A DNA stretch of 64,000 nt from Octopus bimaculoides (lineage: Eukaryota): assembly GCF_001194135.2 (NCBI RefSeq), contig NC_068999.1, positions 49,152,428 to 49,216,427 on the forward strand. Direction: 5' to 3'. Below the pieces are notes generated by a model, which did not search any database, was not told the origin of the DNA, and saw nothing but the letters and a program-made list of their open reading frames with translations. The position numbers and the translations under genes are program-made. Position 1 is the first letter of the stretch. Every line of letters begins with the position of its first letter. Below, one piece after another: positions 12,699 through 25,806 of the stretch.

Positions 12699-15600
12699 AA
12701 GCCATTGTTACATTTCTGACAATGCTTTCTTCTGTAAGGATTACATAATACAAATAAAACAAAGAGAAAAGCGACAGAACACCATTTCATGGCGGCTATG
12801 TATCACCTATGTTTATCCCATAAAACTGTTTAAAAAGAGCAACAACATCCGTAACCCACTTATTTTAAACTGTACATAATACGAGCTTTAGCTAAAATCT
12901 ATATTTAACAAACCCTTACATAATAGTAAGCTATCGTTTTCTGTTAATCTCTCATTTCCGTACTGGACAATTCACTTCATTATTTAGATTACAGTTTACA
13001 AAAAGAAACCAAGCAGTTTATATGATGCTTTTCTTTTTTGTTTCTTTGTTATTTTTCTCAGAAATATTTCTTCTTGGTTTTCATTCCTTGTCTCTTTTCA
13101 GACAACTATGGTTGTTTACACGGTGTTTAATTTCTGATCGTTCCTTACAAAACGATATTCCTCTATCGTTTCCATTATTCTACCTCTCCTTACCTCCCTT
13201 CCTTTGGTCGTAGTTAATAATCGTTTCTTTATTTGCCACAAGGACATATATCAATATAATAACCACCCTCTTGTTTCTCTTAAGATAATAGTAATGATTT
13301 CAAACGCTGGCATAAGACCTCCTCTAATGATAATAATAATGCTAATTATTATTAGCATTATTATGTAACCACTCAAACCGCTTCGGCTTTCAGTTTTTTT
13401 TTATTGACTAACCCGCCCTAGCTAATTCTATAATTCTCTTTCCTTCCTCCTCCTACGATCATTTTTGCTGCTGTTTCTTTAACCTTTTCTGTGTCGCTAC
13501 GTCCCCTTTATACTCTCCTCACCACCCGTTTTCTTTTTCTTCGTTATTCTCAAACCTCTCTTTCCTTCTCATAATCATTCTCAGTCTCTTCCCTTCCATT
13601 TCTGTGACCACCTCGCCTGTGTTTTCTTTCCTTCAACCTCTAACCTCCCCTTCTTCTATAACCTTCACCTTTTACAGCTCGTTTCTTTTCTCTCTCACTC
13701 TTTATCTACACCTTTAATTCTCCTCCCACTACTCCTTTAAAATTTCTCCCTTTCTTTTCTTACTAATTCTTTCGCATTCTTTCTTCCTCCTCCCTCTTTA
13801 TTTCTCACACTTCCCCTTCTTTACCTCTTTATTTCTCTTCACTGCTTTTCCTCCTTGAGATATCTTTCTCGTCACATATCTTGGAGGGTCTAAGACTTGA
13901 CCCATTCTTTGAGTCTTGCATTTTCCTTGCTATATGTCCTTAGTGTTTCTTTCTCACTCTCACTACCACGCAGCCATGTCTCTTTCCCCGTCATTTTATC
14001 ATACCCCTCTCTCTATATATCGTTCGTTCACTGTATCTCTTTCCTTCCCAATATATTGCTCCATTTTTTAAAAAATACTGTCTCGTACACCTTTATATTA
14101 GCAAGAATCTTATTTCGCTATCATATTTTATGCTTTTTTTGTTTAAAAAAAAAAGCCATTTCTATGGTAACGTGGAAGTTTCAATTTTCGGTTGTGACTC
14201 ACTCCACTTACACTGTTCATGCCTTTAACAGAAAGGCATGAACGCCACTGTTCGTTTCTTCCTATTTAAGTCAATCAGGACGAACCACCTTTTGATGGAT
14301 ACCGTCATATACTGAAGGTCAAACAATTGACTGTTATTTACACATTAATACGTGGCATAAGCATTTCTAATACACAACGAAATTTCGTCATTGCATTGAT
14401 CGAGAATAAAATTAATTCTCAATCTGAAATAATAATTCTCATCGTTATTTAACATTTTCAAAGAAAATATATGTATCATGATTTATTTTTAAATTTTTCG
14501 ATTTGCTTTGTAGTCTTACTAGTTTCTCGTACTGAAATAATAAGAGACAACAAAACACCATACTGCAGGTCATTTCTTTTAGTCACACAGACAGAACGGA
14601 AAGAAAAAAGGGGGGGGAAATGCATAAAATATCCCCTAAAACATGTAAAACAAGGACATGGATAATGGTCTGAAAATAGCAAAATGACTTGATTCAATGA
14701 GGAAGGATCCGGGTTGAGAGGAATGGCGAGAGTAAAATAAAAGTAATATAGTATTAAGAATGAGAGAGGGGGAAAAGAAGTATTGAGATAAACAGTTCAG
14801 GATGTGAATGTTAATGCAGAAAGTTGTGGTGGAGGAGGAAAAGAGATGAATATTGTAGAAGGAGGAGGAAAAAGGAGAAGGGGAGGAAGAGTACAGGCAA
14901 ACAGGCGAAGGGTGGTGATGTATGTAACGGAGAAGGGGATGCAGAGGGGAACGGAAGAGAGCAGGAGAAAAGTATAAGCTAAAATACGGAGGGTTAGTAG
15001 TGGCAAAGAAAGAGGAGAGGAGGAATAGGTGAGCGAAGGCACCACACGGGAATGTTTATAATGGTGGTAGAGGCGAAGAAAAACGAAGAGGGTAAAAAGT
15101 ATGTGAGGTGGGGGAACAGACAGACAAGGAAATGATGAGGGTGGTGGTAGAAAAGTATTTAGAGTCGACTCAACTGCACCTCCACTCAGGCAGCGAGAAA
15201 GCTACGAATAAGTGTCTTCTCTGTCTGGCTTGCTTTTGTTTCCATTGCTCCTCAATGGCGGCTACCAAACGAATTATTATATATCAACCAGTTTTGAATT
15301 ATAATAATAATAATACTATTAGTAATTAATGAGGCACAAATACTCAAGATTTATAGAGGAAAGCAAATAGAATGTGATATTCATGCCTTTCTCAACGAAG
15401 GGACATAAAATATAGATTCAACCTAAATAATGATAATAAATAATTATTTGCTGATATATTCACTATTTCTCATTTAAATCAAATCTTTATAATTTCATTG
15501 TTCTATCGCTGTTTTTCTTTCCTCGAAAAACATATTTTCTTTTGAGTAAAACATTTACGCATTTTTTTAAAGTGAAATACATATCTACATATAACTAGAA

Positions 15601-17299
15601 TCTTCTTTTCAACCTCTGGCCAATGGTGTTCATTTACGATGGCTTGTAAATAAGGTGAAATGTTCTTTGCTTTCAGTGAAACGTTTAAAATGGCTGCCAG
15701 ATTACGTTTTGTCAGAAATGAATCCCGCTGCTTATCTAAAGTCTCCCTTTCCCTCCTCTGTTACTCTCTATCTATCTCTCTGTCTGTCTCTTACCTTTCC
15801 CCTCTCTGTATCATTCATAAACTGACATTTTCTCTCTCCGTCTTTCTGACTATCTCTTTCCTTCTCAATGCCATATCCAAAACCCCTTCCTTTCACAGAA
15901 ACTGAGCCAATTGATTTTCAAAATGGCTGAAAGTATTATTACAAACAATTTTTAATAGATCAATTCTAATATTTTTAATATTTACGTTGGGGGGAGACAG
16001 CTTAGGCAGTAGTGTCGAACTAAATGCTTTATTGTATTTAGTTTCGTCTTTTTTCAATTTTTCCTTCAAATCTAATCAGAGTTGACGTTTTCATCTTTGG
16101 TGAAGTCGGGTCAATAGGACCAGTACCAGTAATATGCGGTGTCGATTTACGCTATTGTATACTTCTCCCATACAAACGGTCTTTATGCATTGTCGAAAGG
16201 AATCAATATTTATATTTATGCGTTTGATGTGTGTATGAAATGAGATGTGTGTATACGTGCGTAGGTAGGTATTACGTCGCTGCCCCTTAATGTATGTTTA
16301 TATTCCTTTTTTGTTTTTATGAATGCAGTCCGTATATGAGAATTTCTATGAATGCGTCGTAACAGCACATGTTAAACGGATACGAATGTGTCTGCTTGTG
16401 AATAGTGTATCTGTGTGTGTGGAGCATGAAATAAATTATTCGTCAATAGCTGTACAGACGTCATGAACGCCAGAAGGAACAAAAAAGGGAAATTAACGTT
16501 TTTGACTTAAATTATTTGAAAGAAATGGACCTTTTTTTTTTAATCGCCGAACATTTTATTCAAATCTTCTCTCACGTATTTATTTCTTCGCGAAAATAAA
16601 AATAGAAGTACAAAAAAAGCTGGTGTTAAGTGTGGTATTTGTAAATGGGTTTTCGTTATCTAGAGAAGAGAAATCGATCCGTCATCAGTCTCTCTTCATT
16701 GACCATTCTACTTCGTAAGCAGCACTGTTCTCTTTAATAATTTTGCAAGATCACTTGACTCTGTAGGCAATGAACATCTTAACCAAAGGTGAGGGGTTTT
16801 ATGTAAGGTGAAGGTCATACATGCATACATATCTATATATACATACACATGTGAATGTATATATATGTGTGTGCGCGTGTGTATATATATACATATAAAT
16901 CATATATATATATATGTATATATAAATGTGCTGATTTACCTTCAGACTACGGGTGCTCATATGGAACACATTTCTAACGAGTAAACTCTCCAGAGTGAAC
17001 GAACTTACACAATGTCATCGCCATTTTGCAAACGAAGATGCCATTTTCCTGTAATTGTTTTCACATTGTAATAAAACGCGACCAAAATGGTAGTGCAAGC
17101 GAAACTGATTAGGTTTATTAATTATAGTTATTTAAACATGAACATATATATATATATTAGTTACCTCCGGTATTCAAGTATTATTTTTTTCCACCTTGTT
17201 TCACATTTACTCTGATGTTTATACACCTGTCTTCGTCTTTTGTGTTTCTGTAAATTTCAACTATATATATGTATGTTTGTATGTATGTATGTATGTATG

Positions 17300-17336
<37 letters not shown>

Positions 17337-20300
17337 NNNNNNNNNNNNNNNNNNNNNNNNNNNNNNNNNNNNNNNNNNNNNNNNNNNNNNNNNNNNNNNN
17401 NNACAAAAAGACTGTGTCCCATCTAACAGCTGTTTCTGCTGCCATTGTTCTTTGGAATTACCATTATGATGCTTAGAAAGTATTTATTATAGTTTGGTAA
17501 AAAAAAAAACTGATTTGAATCATGGAGCTTCATCAGAGTGGAAAATAAATAAATAAATAAATAAGACACAAGGAAAGAAGAAGGAAAGATTGAATATGGT
17601 GAGAGTCATGTCATGTTGCATGTAGAGCCATTGGACGATAAATAAATGACCAAAATTTAAAATAAAAGGGGTATTTGGTGGGATTGCAAATCAATTATTG
17701 TTCATCAATGTTATCTCCATTTTCTGTTTTCTTTAAATTTTGATTCCTGATAAACTCCTACTTAATTTATCGACCCCAAAAGGATGAAAAGATGAGACTG
17801 ACTTTGTCTTGCACCCTTTTGGAGGTCAATAAAAGAAGTACCAGTCAAGCACTGAAGTCGATGTACTTCAATTAACAACCTCACTCTAAAATTATTATTA
17901 GCCTTCTGCCAAAATTTGGAATCATTATTTGTATTATAAGGTCAATGGAGTGGCAGAGTTATCAAAGTGTCAGAGAAAATGCTTTGCAGTGTTTGTTCTG
18001 GTTCTTTTGGTTCTGATTTCAAATCACACTGAAATTATCTCTCATGCTTTTGAGTTTGATTAGCCACCAAACCATGGGATTGATGGAAGCAATCAACTCT
18101 TTCCCCCTTTAAAATTGCTGGCCTTGTACCCAAATCAGAGCCCGGGTGCTTGGCTTTTGAAATGTCATCAAGCATTCACAGTTCTCAACCAGTTGGGCAA
18201 TGTTGTTAATTAATCATGCATTATCTTGTAGCATCAAGATTTCAATGATGTGATTGTTTACATTTAGAATGACATTGTAAGTTAGGTGTGAGAGGTTAGA
18301 TTTGGCCAGTTTGAACATAAAACAAATAGAATATTTGGGCTGGATATGGCTGGCTTAAATACTGAAGGGTTAAACAACATATATGTATTTGCCTAAAAAG
18401 GAGAACTAGTCTACATCATTGAATGCAAATGAAGTCACAGGTGTTATACCAGAGTTTGCCTTCTCCTAGAGAGATGTCTAAGCAAAGATTAAGAGTTTTT
18501 CTCTCCTAGCTGTTGGATGACCTTTGACTCAACTGAATTCATCTGCCTTTCAACAGGTTTTGTTTCTCGTCCTGCTGAGTGTCAAACAAAATCCACACTC
18601 CTTATCAAGCAGGCTTGGTTGTGTTGCTGGTTTGGTTGCTGATGGCCTGACCATACAGCAAGTTGTACTGGGCTATGTGTTATTAATAGCACTATGAGAG
18701 ACAGTGATGTCTCTAACTTTTCAAAGAACATAAATACACTTTGTGAAGTGAAATGTCTTCAACTAGAAATCAAACTAAATTGGGAATCCTGTCTACTCAG
18801 AGCTTAACTCTAATTTACCAAAGCCTATGGGACAGGCATAAATATTACAACACCCAATAAGTAAGTGAAAATCCAGAGGAAAGGTCCCTAAGGCAGATAT
18901 ATATGGTTATACTTCACCAATATCTGGCATCCCTCGTGGCTCCATGGATGCAGTGAACATATTGACTTCTTATTCCTTTGTGGCTTATCCATAAGTACAG
19001 AGGTGATTATCACTACTTGGGATTAGGCCCCTGCTTCTGGAAACGGCCCAGGTACAGCAGAGTTGGTGAAGTTTAAGTTATTTTCTCTGCAATACCATTG
19101 GCCAATGATAAAAAAGGCTGACCAGTAAGTAGGTGACATTGTTGTTTGTAATAAATATCTTGTTCAAGCTAAAAAATAATGAACTACTTCTGTATGAATT
19201 TGATAAATGATTGTGGGGGGCATAGACTAAATTTTAAACTGTGCTGTACATTTTATTTCTTTTTTTCTAGGTGCTTGTCAGAAGGAAGAACCTGTGCTAT
19301 GACCTGCACAAATATTCTAAAACAGAGCAGTTTCCAGTGTTCAGGGGTCAGCTTCAGTCTAAACTAAAGTTAATTTATTTGCCAACGAAACTTGAAATCT
19401 AATCTCCATAAAAATAGTTAACTGTTAAAGAGACAAGAAACACCTATTTAATTACCAACCATTGGATAATTGCTGATTAAATGCAGGAGATTAATGGATA
19501 TTTGACATACTGCCAAATGTGAGAAATGCTGTCTTGTTACTTATCCAAATTCTCATATTATAACTGATTTACTATAGATGTATTAAAGATTCTCTTGCTG
19601 CAATAATCCTCTAATCTTTTACACAAGACTAGATCTAAGTGCATTATCATTTGTCAAAGTTAAGCAGTCAAACGAGCCAGAATAAAAAAAGGTGTCTTAA
19701 TTCTTCATTCTGGATAGCATCTTTTTTTCATTCTTCATTAAACCTTTCACAAGTTCATGTTGTGAACACCTTTCAGACCTACCTGATTGAAACTCCTAAA
19801 CAAACGGCAGCATCCTGACTATTTGGGGTCGAAATTTTTTTTTTTTTTGTAGCAACTAATGATGCCAACCATAGAAAGACCTGATCAACCCGAGGCTATC
19901 GTAGAAGTAGCAAGAGACACATGCCCAATGTTCTACTCAGTGGAATCAAAACCAGAACCATGTGATTATGAAGGAAGCTTCTTCACCACATAGCTATGCC
20001 AGTGTGTGTGTGTGTGTGTATCCATTCTTCATGCTGACATGGGTTGGATGGTTCATCACTGTCCAAATCATTTGTTGTGAGCTGCTATTTCCCTAGATTG
20101 ATGTTCACACCTCTTATTTGGCTTGGTTTTTTTTTCTACTGGAAACCCTTCCTACCATCAACCAATTTGTAGAATGTACCGGGTGTGTTTTCCATGGTAT
20201 CACCACAAGAGAAGTTGAATAAAAGAACCTCAGTACCCCTAGCATTCTCTACTCAGTTTATCAACTCCTTTACAAAGAGTACTAGGGACATTATATGATC

Positions 20301-20960
20301 CCAGCACTGAGAGAGATTGGTTCATTCACACCTCACTTTGAGTGAGTGCGAGTTGTTGGTTAGTACCAGAACAGGAGGTTTGGTGCTTTGTAGACAGTAT
20401 TCTGAAGTCAGATATATAGACTAGGGAGAGGAAATAGGAAGGAAGCAACGCCAGCAGAGAGGCTTGAAGTGGGTAAGGGGAGTAACTGTATATCGGGAAT
20501 ACTCAATAAATAATAGGGTGTATGTTTGATAGACCTAGAAGAGGAATAGAAGAGAGAGAAATGATATCAGGTGGACATGAGTGGGAGGATGAAAGAAAGG
20601 AGCAGTAGCATGATGTAAGCAGTAAGGTGATTTAGGATAAAGTTGAGTAGGCAGTGATTGATTAACAGCAGAGGTGGATAAAGGTACGGGTGGATTATGG
20701 GATAAGAAAAGGACTATGGAGGCACAATGGCCCAGTGGTTAGGGCAGCGGACTTGCGGTTGGAGGATCGCAGTTTCGATTCCCAGAACGGGCGTTGTGTG
20801 TGTTTATTGAGTGAAAACACCTAAAGCTCCACGAGGCTCTGGCAGGGGATGGCAGTGACCCCTGAAATCTTTTAAAAAGGCAGAAAGTTGGCAGAAACGT
20901 TAGCATGCCGGGTGAAATGTTTAGCAGTATTTCGTCTGCAGCTACATACATATACATATA

Positions 20961-20995
<35 letters not shown>

Positions 20996-21006
20996 GTATG
21001 TATGTA

Positions 21007-21043
<37 letters not shown>

Positions 21044-21252
21044 ATATATATTTAGAAAGTTGTTTGTTATGGCCAGTCAGAGAGTGGCCATTGGTTTCAC
21101 ACCTATAAAGCATTTGTTGTATAGGTGACTCATTAGTCATTTGAGTCTGGCGAGTCACTTACACAAGTAAGTACTTTATGAGTGTGAAACCAATACTCAT
21201 CTTTGATTAGCAATAACAAATAACCTTCTAAATATACTACTATTCTAATGTT

Positions 21253-21290
21253 TTAGAGTGTGCTTCTCATCTGGATATATGAATTACTGA

Positions 21291-21335
<45 letters not shown>

Positions 21336-21345
21336 NNNNNNNNNN

Positions 21346-21389
<44 letters not shown>

Positions 21390-22350
21390 CAAATGGATGT
21401 CTTATAAAACTATTCCGTATATACAATAACAGTCATACCAACAATCCAGCATACCTCCATCATGAACTGTCCCACGGGTATCACTATGGTTTCGACATCT
21501 GGGCAGTACCATTCAATCTGGCGGTGTCAGCAGCACTAAAATAAGTGTTGTTTGGGAACAAACATACTTTAGATATCACCACATTCATTCAATCTTAATT
21601 CTAGGAAGGATTAAACACTAACATTATTAATTAAACTACAACAAAGAAACACATTTACCCTATGTACAATATTACTGGTAAATAAATTCTATAAGTAAAC
21701 TTATAACTAACTCCTAAATTATCTAACTAAATAGCAGCCTAGCCCTTGAAATCCAAGCAGATAATATTCCCACCAGTCTTGTGGGTGTGTGGTAAAAAGC
21801 TTGCTTCCTAACTGCATGGCTCTCAGTTCAGTCCCACTGTGTGTCACCTTGGTCAAGTGTCATCTACTATAGTTTCGGGCCAACCAAAGCCTTGTGAGTG
21901 GATTTGGTGGATGGAAACTAAAAGAAGCCTGTCATATGTGTGTGTGTGTGTGTGTATTTGTCTCGCCACCACCCACTTACCACTTGTCAACTGGTGTTGG
22001 TGTGTTTACATCTCTGAAACTTAACAGTTTGACAAAACAGACTGATAGAATTCGTACCAGGTTTGAAAAAAGGAAAAACAAGACCAAGGTCTATTTCTTT
22101 GACTAAAATTCTTCAAGGCAGTGCTTCAGAATAGCTGCAGTCAAATAACTAAAACAATTAAAAGCTCTATATGACTAATGTAATTTTATCCAATCAACAT
22201 GCTTCTTACAATATCCAAAGGAACCCAAGATTTGAAACACCATGAATACAAAAACAAACTTGATATTTTATATTAGTAAAAAAAAAATAAAAAAAAAAAT
22301 TATGTGAAAAACAATTTATGTTACAAGTTGCTATCTCTGTAGTTTGTCAT
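21253..22350 (-). other. Candidate small spliced transcript divergent from RSF1 (exons 22350-22325, 22258-22210, 21688-21659, 21535-21455, 21270-21253)
   Basis: GT-AG sites around short non-repetitive blocks; coding status unresolved; no homolog recognised. Confidence 0.3.
21781..22164 (+). mobile_element. SINE family B1
   Basis: Head, core and tail match 11-405. Confidence 0.8.
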
Positions 22351-23924
22351 CTATCCTCAGCCGTCACAGCTCCAAACAGGAATGCTTCTAGGTTTTCTCA
22401 CGAGAAAAATTCCACACAATGTCTTCAACTTTGGATAGTATTAATGCTTTTTTCTTTTTTTGCCCTTCCCTTGTTTGTGCACCAACGTCAAAGCTGTTTA
22501 ATAAAAAAAATATACCCCCCCCCACAAAAAAAAAAGCTAAAACCCATCAGAAGTAGCTGATTTTAAACTTTATAAACACAGCCCTTTTTTTCTCTACTTT
22601 TTTTCACTCTTTATTTTTCTCTGTCTTCCTGTTATCATTCCTTTCTCTAATCTGATATTCTTTTATTCTTTAATTCTTTTTATTGGTTTCAGTCACTGGA
22701 CTGCAGATTTGTTGGAATACCATTTCAAAGGCTTTTTTTTTTAGTCGAAAATATTGACCTCAATTCTTATTTCGGTTTGAAACTTATTTTATCAAGATCT
22801 GTTTGTCAAACTACTAAGTTATGGGAGATAATGAGACACAGTGTAGACAGGGACACTACTTTTTAGATGGGTATAAACATAAACACACACATATCTATTT
22901 ACTTGCATATCTATATATCTCTTTCTTCTACCCCCCCTCTCTTGCAATACACAGCTTGGTCTGGGAATCAAAATCACTACGTCATAATTGTGAGCCCAAT
23001 GCTCTAATCAGCAAGCCATGTGCCTTCACATGTGTACACTACATCATATGAAATGTGAAGAATTCCAGACAGTACCCCACAATCTAAAACAAGTTAACTT
23101 GGTTTCATATCTCAAGTGCACATGCACAGAGCAGAATATAGTTGACTCCCTTAGTTTCATTGAGGATATATCAACCTCTCTAGAACTGGTGTGATGAAAA
23201 ATGCACCTGGTGCACTCTGTAGAGTGTGGTTGGTGATGGTTGCAAATACTCGTTAAAATCTATACAGACTTGGACTGTTGGGAGTCAGGCTTCTTGATTA
23301 TGGACATAATAGAATGTTGGTGATAAGATATAAAGTATTGATTGATTGATTGTTGAAAAATTTATTGATACCTTATTGATTTGGCCATGTTTGATTCCCC
23401 ATCATTTTAACATGTTAAAATGAGTGGATCTGTAAGGTAACATCTCTCTATGTGCTGATTCTGTATACTGGCATTATTAGAGATCCAATCAAATCATCAT
23501 CATCATCATAATGAGCAAAGAAATCACAAAAACGTATCAAAAGATACTTTGGAAAGATTGACTTGCTATTCCAAACTTTTGAAAGTGGGTATGTGAAGTT
23601 CCTACTGATCTAAAGTGTACAATGAATTTTTGTAGATGTGACACCCTAGCTAAATATCCTGTTTAGTAAGTCATTAACAAATGAAAAACAAAAATCATCA
23701 GAAATGGCAGTTCCATTCAACCCTTACATTACCATATTTCTGTTAACATACATCATCTTTGTTGTGATTAATTCTGATGTTAGCGACAACTTTAGTAAAA
23801 TTGCTTTGTCATTATTAAGCTGGTATTTGAAACATAAATTTACATGAAATTTTGATGCAAGTTATTAACCATTTAGTTTTCGGATAACTCTGTCAAATGT
23901 AATGCTTATTCAGTTATACTGTAA

Positions 23925-24300
23925 CATTTAAGAGCTGAGGAATTATGTACATTATTTGCATTTGATGGATATTTGTCCTCATCTTGTTTGTTGTTAACAC
24001 AATGTTTTGGCTGATATACCCTCCAGCCTTCATCAGGTGTCTTGGGGAAATTTCGAACCTGGGTTCTCATTCCTAAGGTATTTTTTGATGTTGTTGTTGT
24101 TGTTGTTCTTCTTCTTCTTCTTATTATTCAGGTCACTGCCTGGAATCAAACTCGGAATCTTGGGGTTAGTAACCCACGCTCTTAACCACTACGCCCACAG
24201 GCATATGGCGTAGTGGATAAGATATTATCATTATTATTCAGGTCACTGCCTGGAATCGAACTCGGAATCTTGGGGTTAGTAGCCCGCGCTCTTAACCACT
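23925..24300 (-). mobile_element. Tandem tRNA-like heads plus (TAA/GAA/CAA)n spacer plus decayed hammerhead tail
   Basis: Two copies of GTGGTTAAGAGC...GTT(C/T)GATTCCAGGCAGTGACCTGAATAATAA (A and B boxes) followed by the same tail as 1262-1422. Confidence 0.72.
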
Positions 24301-25199
24301 TACATTATAAGCCATTGTTTCTTGCTAAGAATCATCAGAGATTTTAACCCTTCCATTTTTATATTTCTTTTAAAATATACTGTCTTTATTTCAATTAATT
24401 TTGAAAATAATGGAAAGGATTAAGCAGTTGTACAATTAGATCGTTATAAATTGAATTTGCTACAAATAGAAATTCCAATCAGTGGCTTGAATTACAAATT
24501 CACTTTAAAATTATGAGTGCCAGTCTGGAAAATGGATGTTAACTGATGATGATAATGAGATGATGATGATGAAGAAATGCAAAAGATGCAGCTTTCAATT
24601 CTTGGAACACTCTTCTCTCAGTGAAATGAAACCTCAAAAAGACATGATAAATGCTGCAAAGATTATTGTTTATCTGAAGTAAGATGGAGAGATATCTAAC
24701 TCAAAAATAAGTCTCAACATGGCTGGAATTGTTGAAGGAGTCAAGGATTTAGAAGATTTAGATGCTGATTTTGATATATTAGCAAAGGTTGCATTTCAAT
24801 ACTTTCTTTCAAAATTAAGTAATTCACATAATTTTCTTTCAGCATATTTTAGCAGTGTTATTTTGTTGAAATCTTGAATTAAACAGTAATTTTCTTTTGG
24901 CAACACTGCTTGAGACATCACATGAGAAAATAAAAAGATATATTTTCTGTTCAAGTTAACCATTAATAAATTACACATGTATATGTATGTATATATATGT
25001 ATATATATATATATATATATAACACACATATGCCGACAACCTACATATCTTCATGATTCCAATACCCAATCAACAGAAATAGAAAGTGAAATTGGACTAC
25101 CGAGTCTACTAGATTAACTAACAGAGGATCAAATAAAAAAACAACACAAGCAAAAACTAAATAAAGACAAAAAAGCAACAGTTTCTAGCGTTTTAATTT

Positions 25200-25661
25200 G
25201 CCTATTTCGTCACGAAATATTAGCTAACGGAATAGATGTATTCATTTCGATAATATTTTGTATCAAAATTCGACCCATTAAATTGAAATTAGGTTTTCTC
25301 GAAATGGTAAGAGATTAATTGCTTGCTGAGAAAATGCACTTGTCAAAGTCGGTAATTATTACCCTTATAGTCATCTGTAGTTTTCATTTAATGAACATAT
25401 TTTCTCCTGTTTCTCCAGGCGTTCTTTTTTTTCCCCGTTTATTCAATAGTAGTTTCGTAAAATAATTTTTCTTTTCTAAAAACAAATAAAGCAAACAAAA
25501 TATAATATACGTTTTTTTGAGTAATATTATATAAGATATTTTTTGAAATTACAATAATCCACAATATCAGCCGGAGAGGAAAACAAACCATTTTTATTTA
25601 TTTATTTTCCCCATCATTCCTCGTCTTGGAAGTCGTCAAGCATTTGATTAAGCATACGAAC
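25200..25661 (+). promoter_or_regulatory. Probable RSF1 promoter/5' UTR, with candidate UTR intron 25307-25418
   Basis: CpGs retained relative to flanks; donor ATG|GTAAGA at 25307 and TTTCTCCTGTTTCTCCAG acceptor ending at 25418, upstream of the ATG. Confidence 0.45.
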
Positions 25662-25806
25662 ATGGCGAGTCCAACGGACGGTGACTGCCTCAATGATCCC
25701 AACTTCGCTGTTATCTGTTCCTTTATAGACAAATTTGGGGATAAACTAATACTTCCAGAGATATCATTCGAGGATCTACAGGAATCCATTGAAAACACCA
25801 AGGCAG
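25662..25806 (+). CDS. RSF1: RSF1 coding exon 1 ([48 protein letters not shown]), ends phase 1
   Basis: ATG in context AACATGG; donor CAG|GTAAGG; PNFAV(I/V)CSF is the RSF1 N-terminal signature. Confidence 0.93.

Noticed and set aside
16716-19420. Plus-strand exon chain (MNILTK / AVSAAIVLWNYHYDA* / VLVRRKNLCYDLHKY...)
   Set aside because: Needs an about 52 nt intron, gives only tiny peptides, and a gap intervenes; indistinguishable from chance.
24121-24300. Possible functional tRNA genes (also SINE heads at 6571, 20718 and 61586)
   Set aside because: No complete acceptor stem; each continues into repeat bodies, so they are SINE-type heads.
24500-24870. Acidic coding-like text (MAGIVEGVKDLEDLDADF...)
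   Set aside because: Short, with stops in the neighbouring frame segments; no family recognised.
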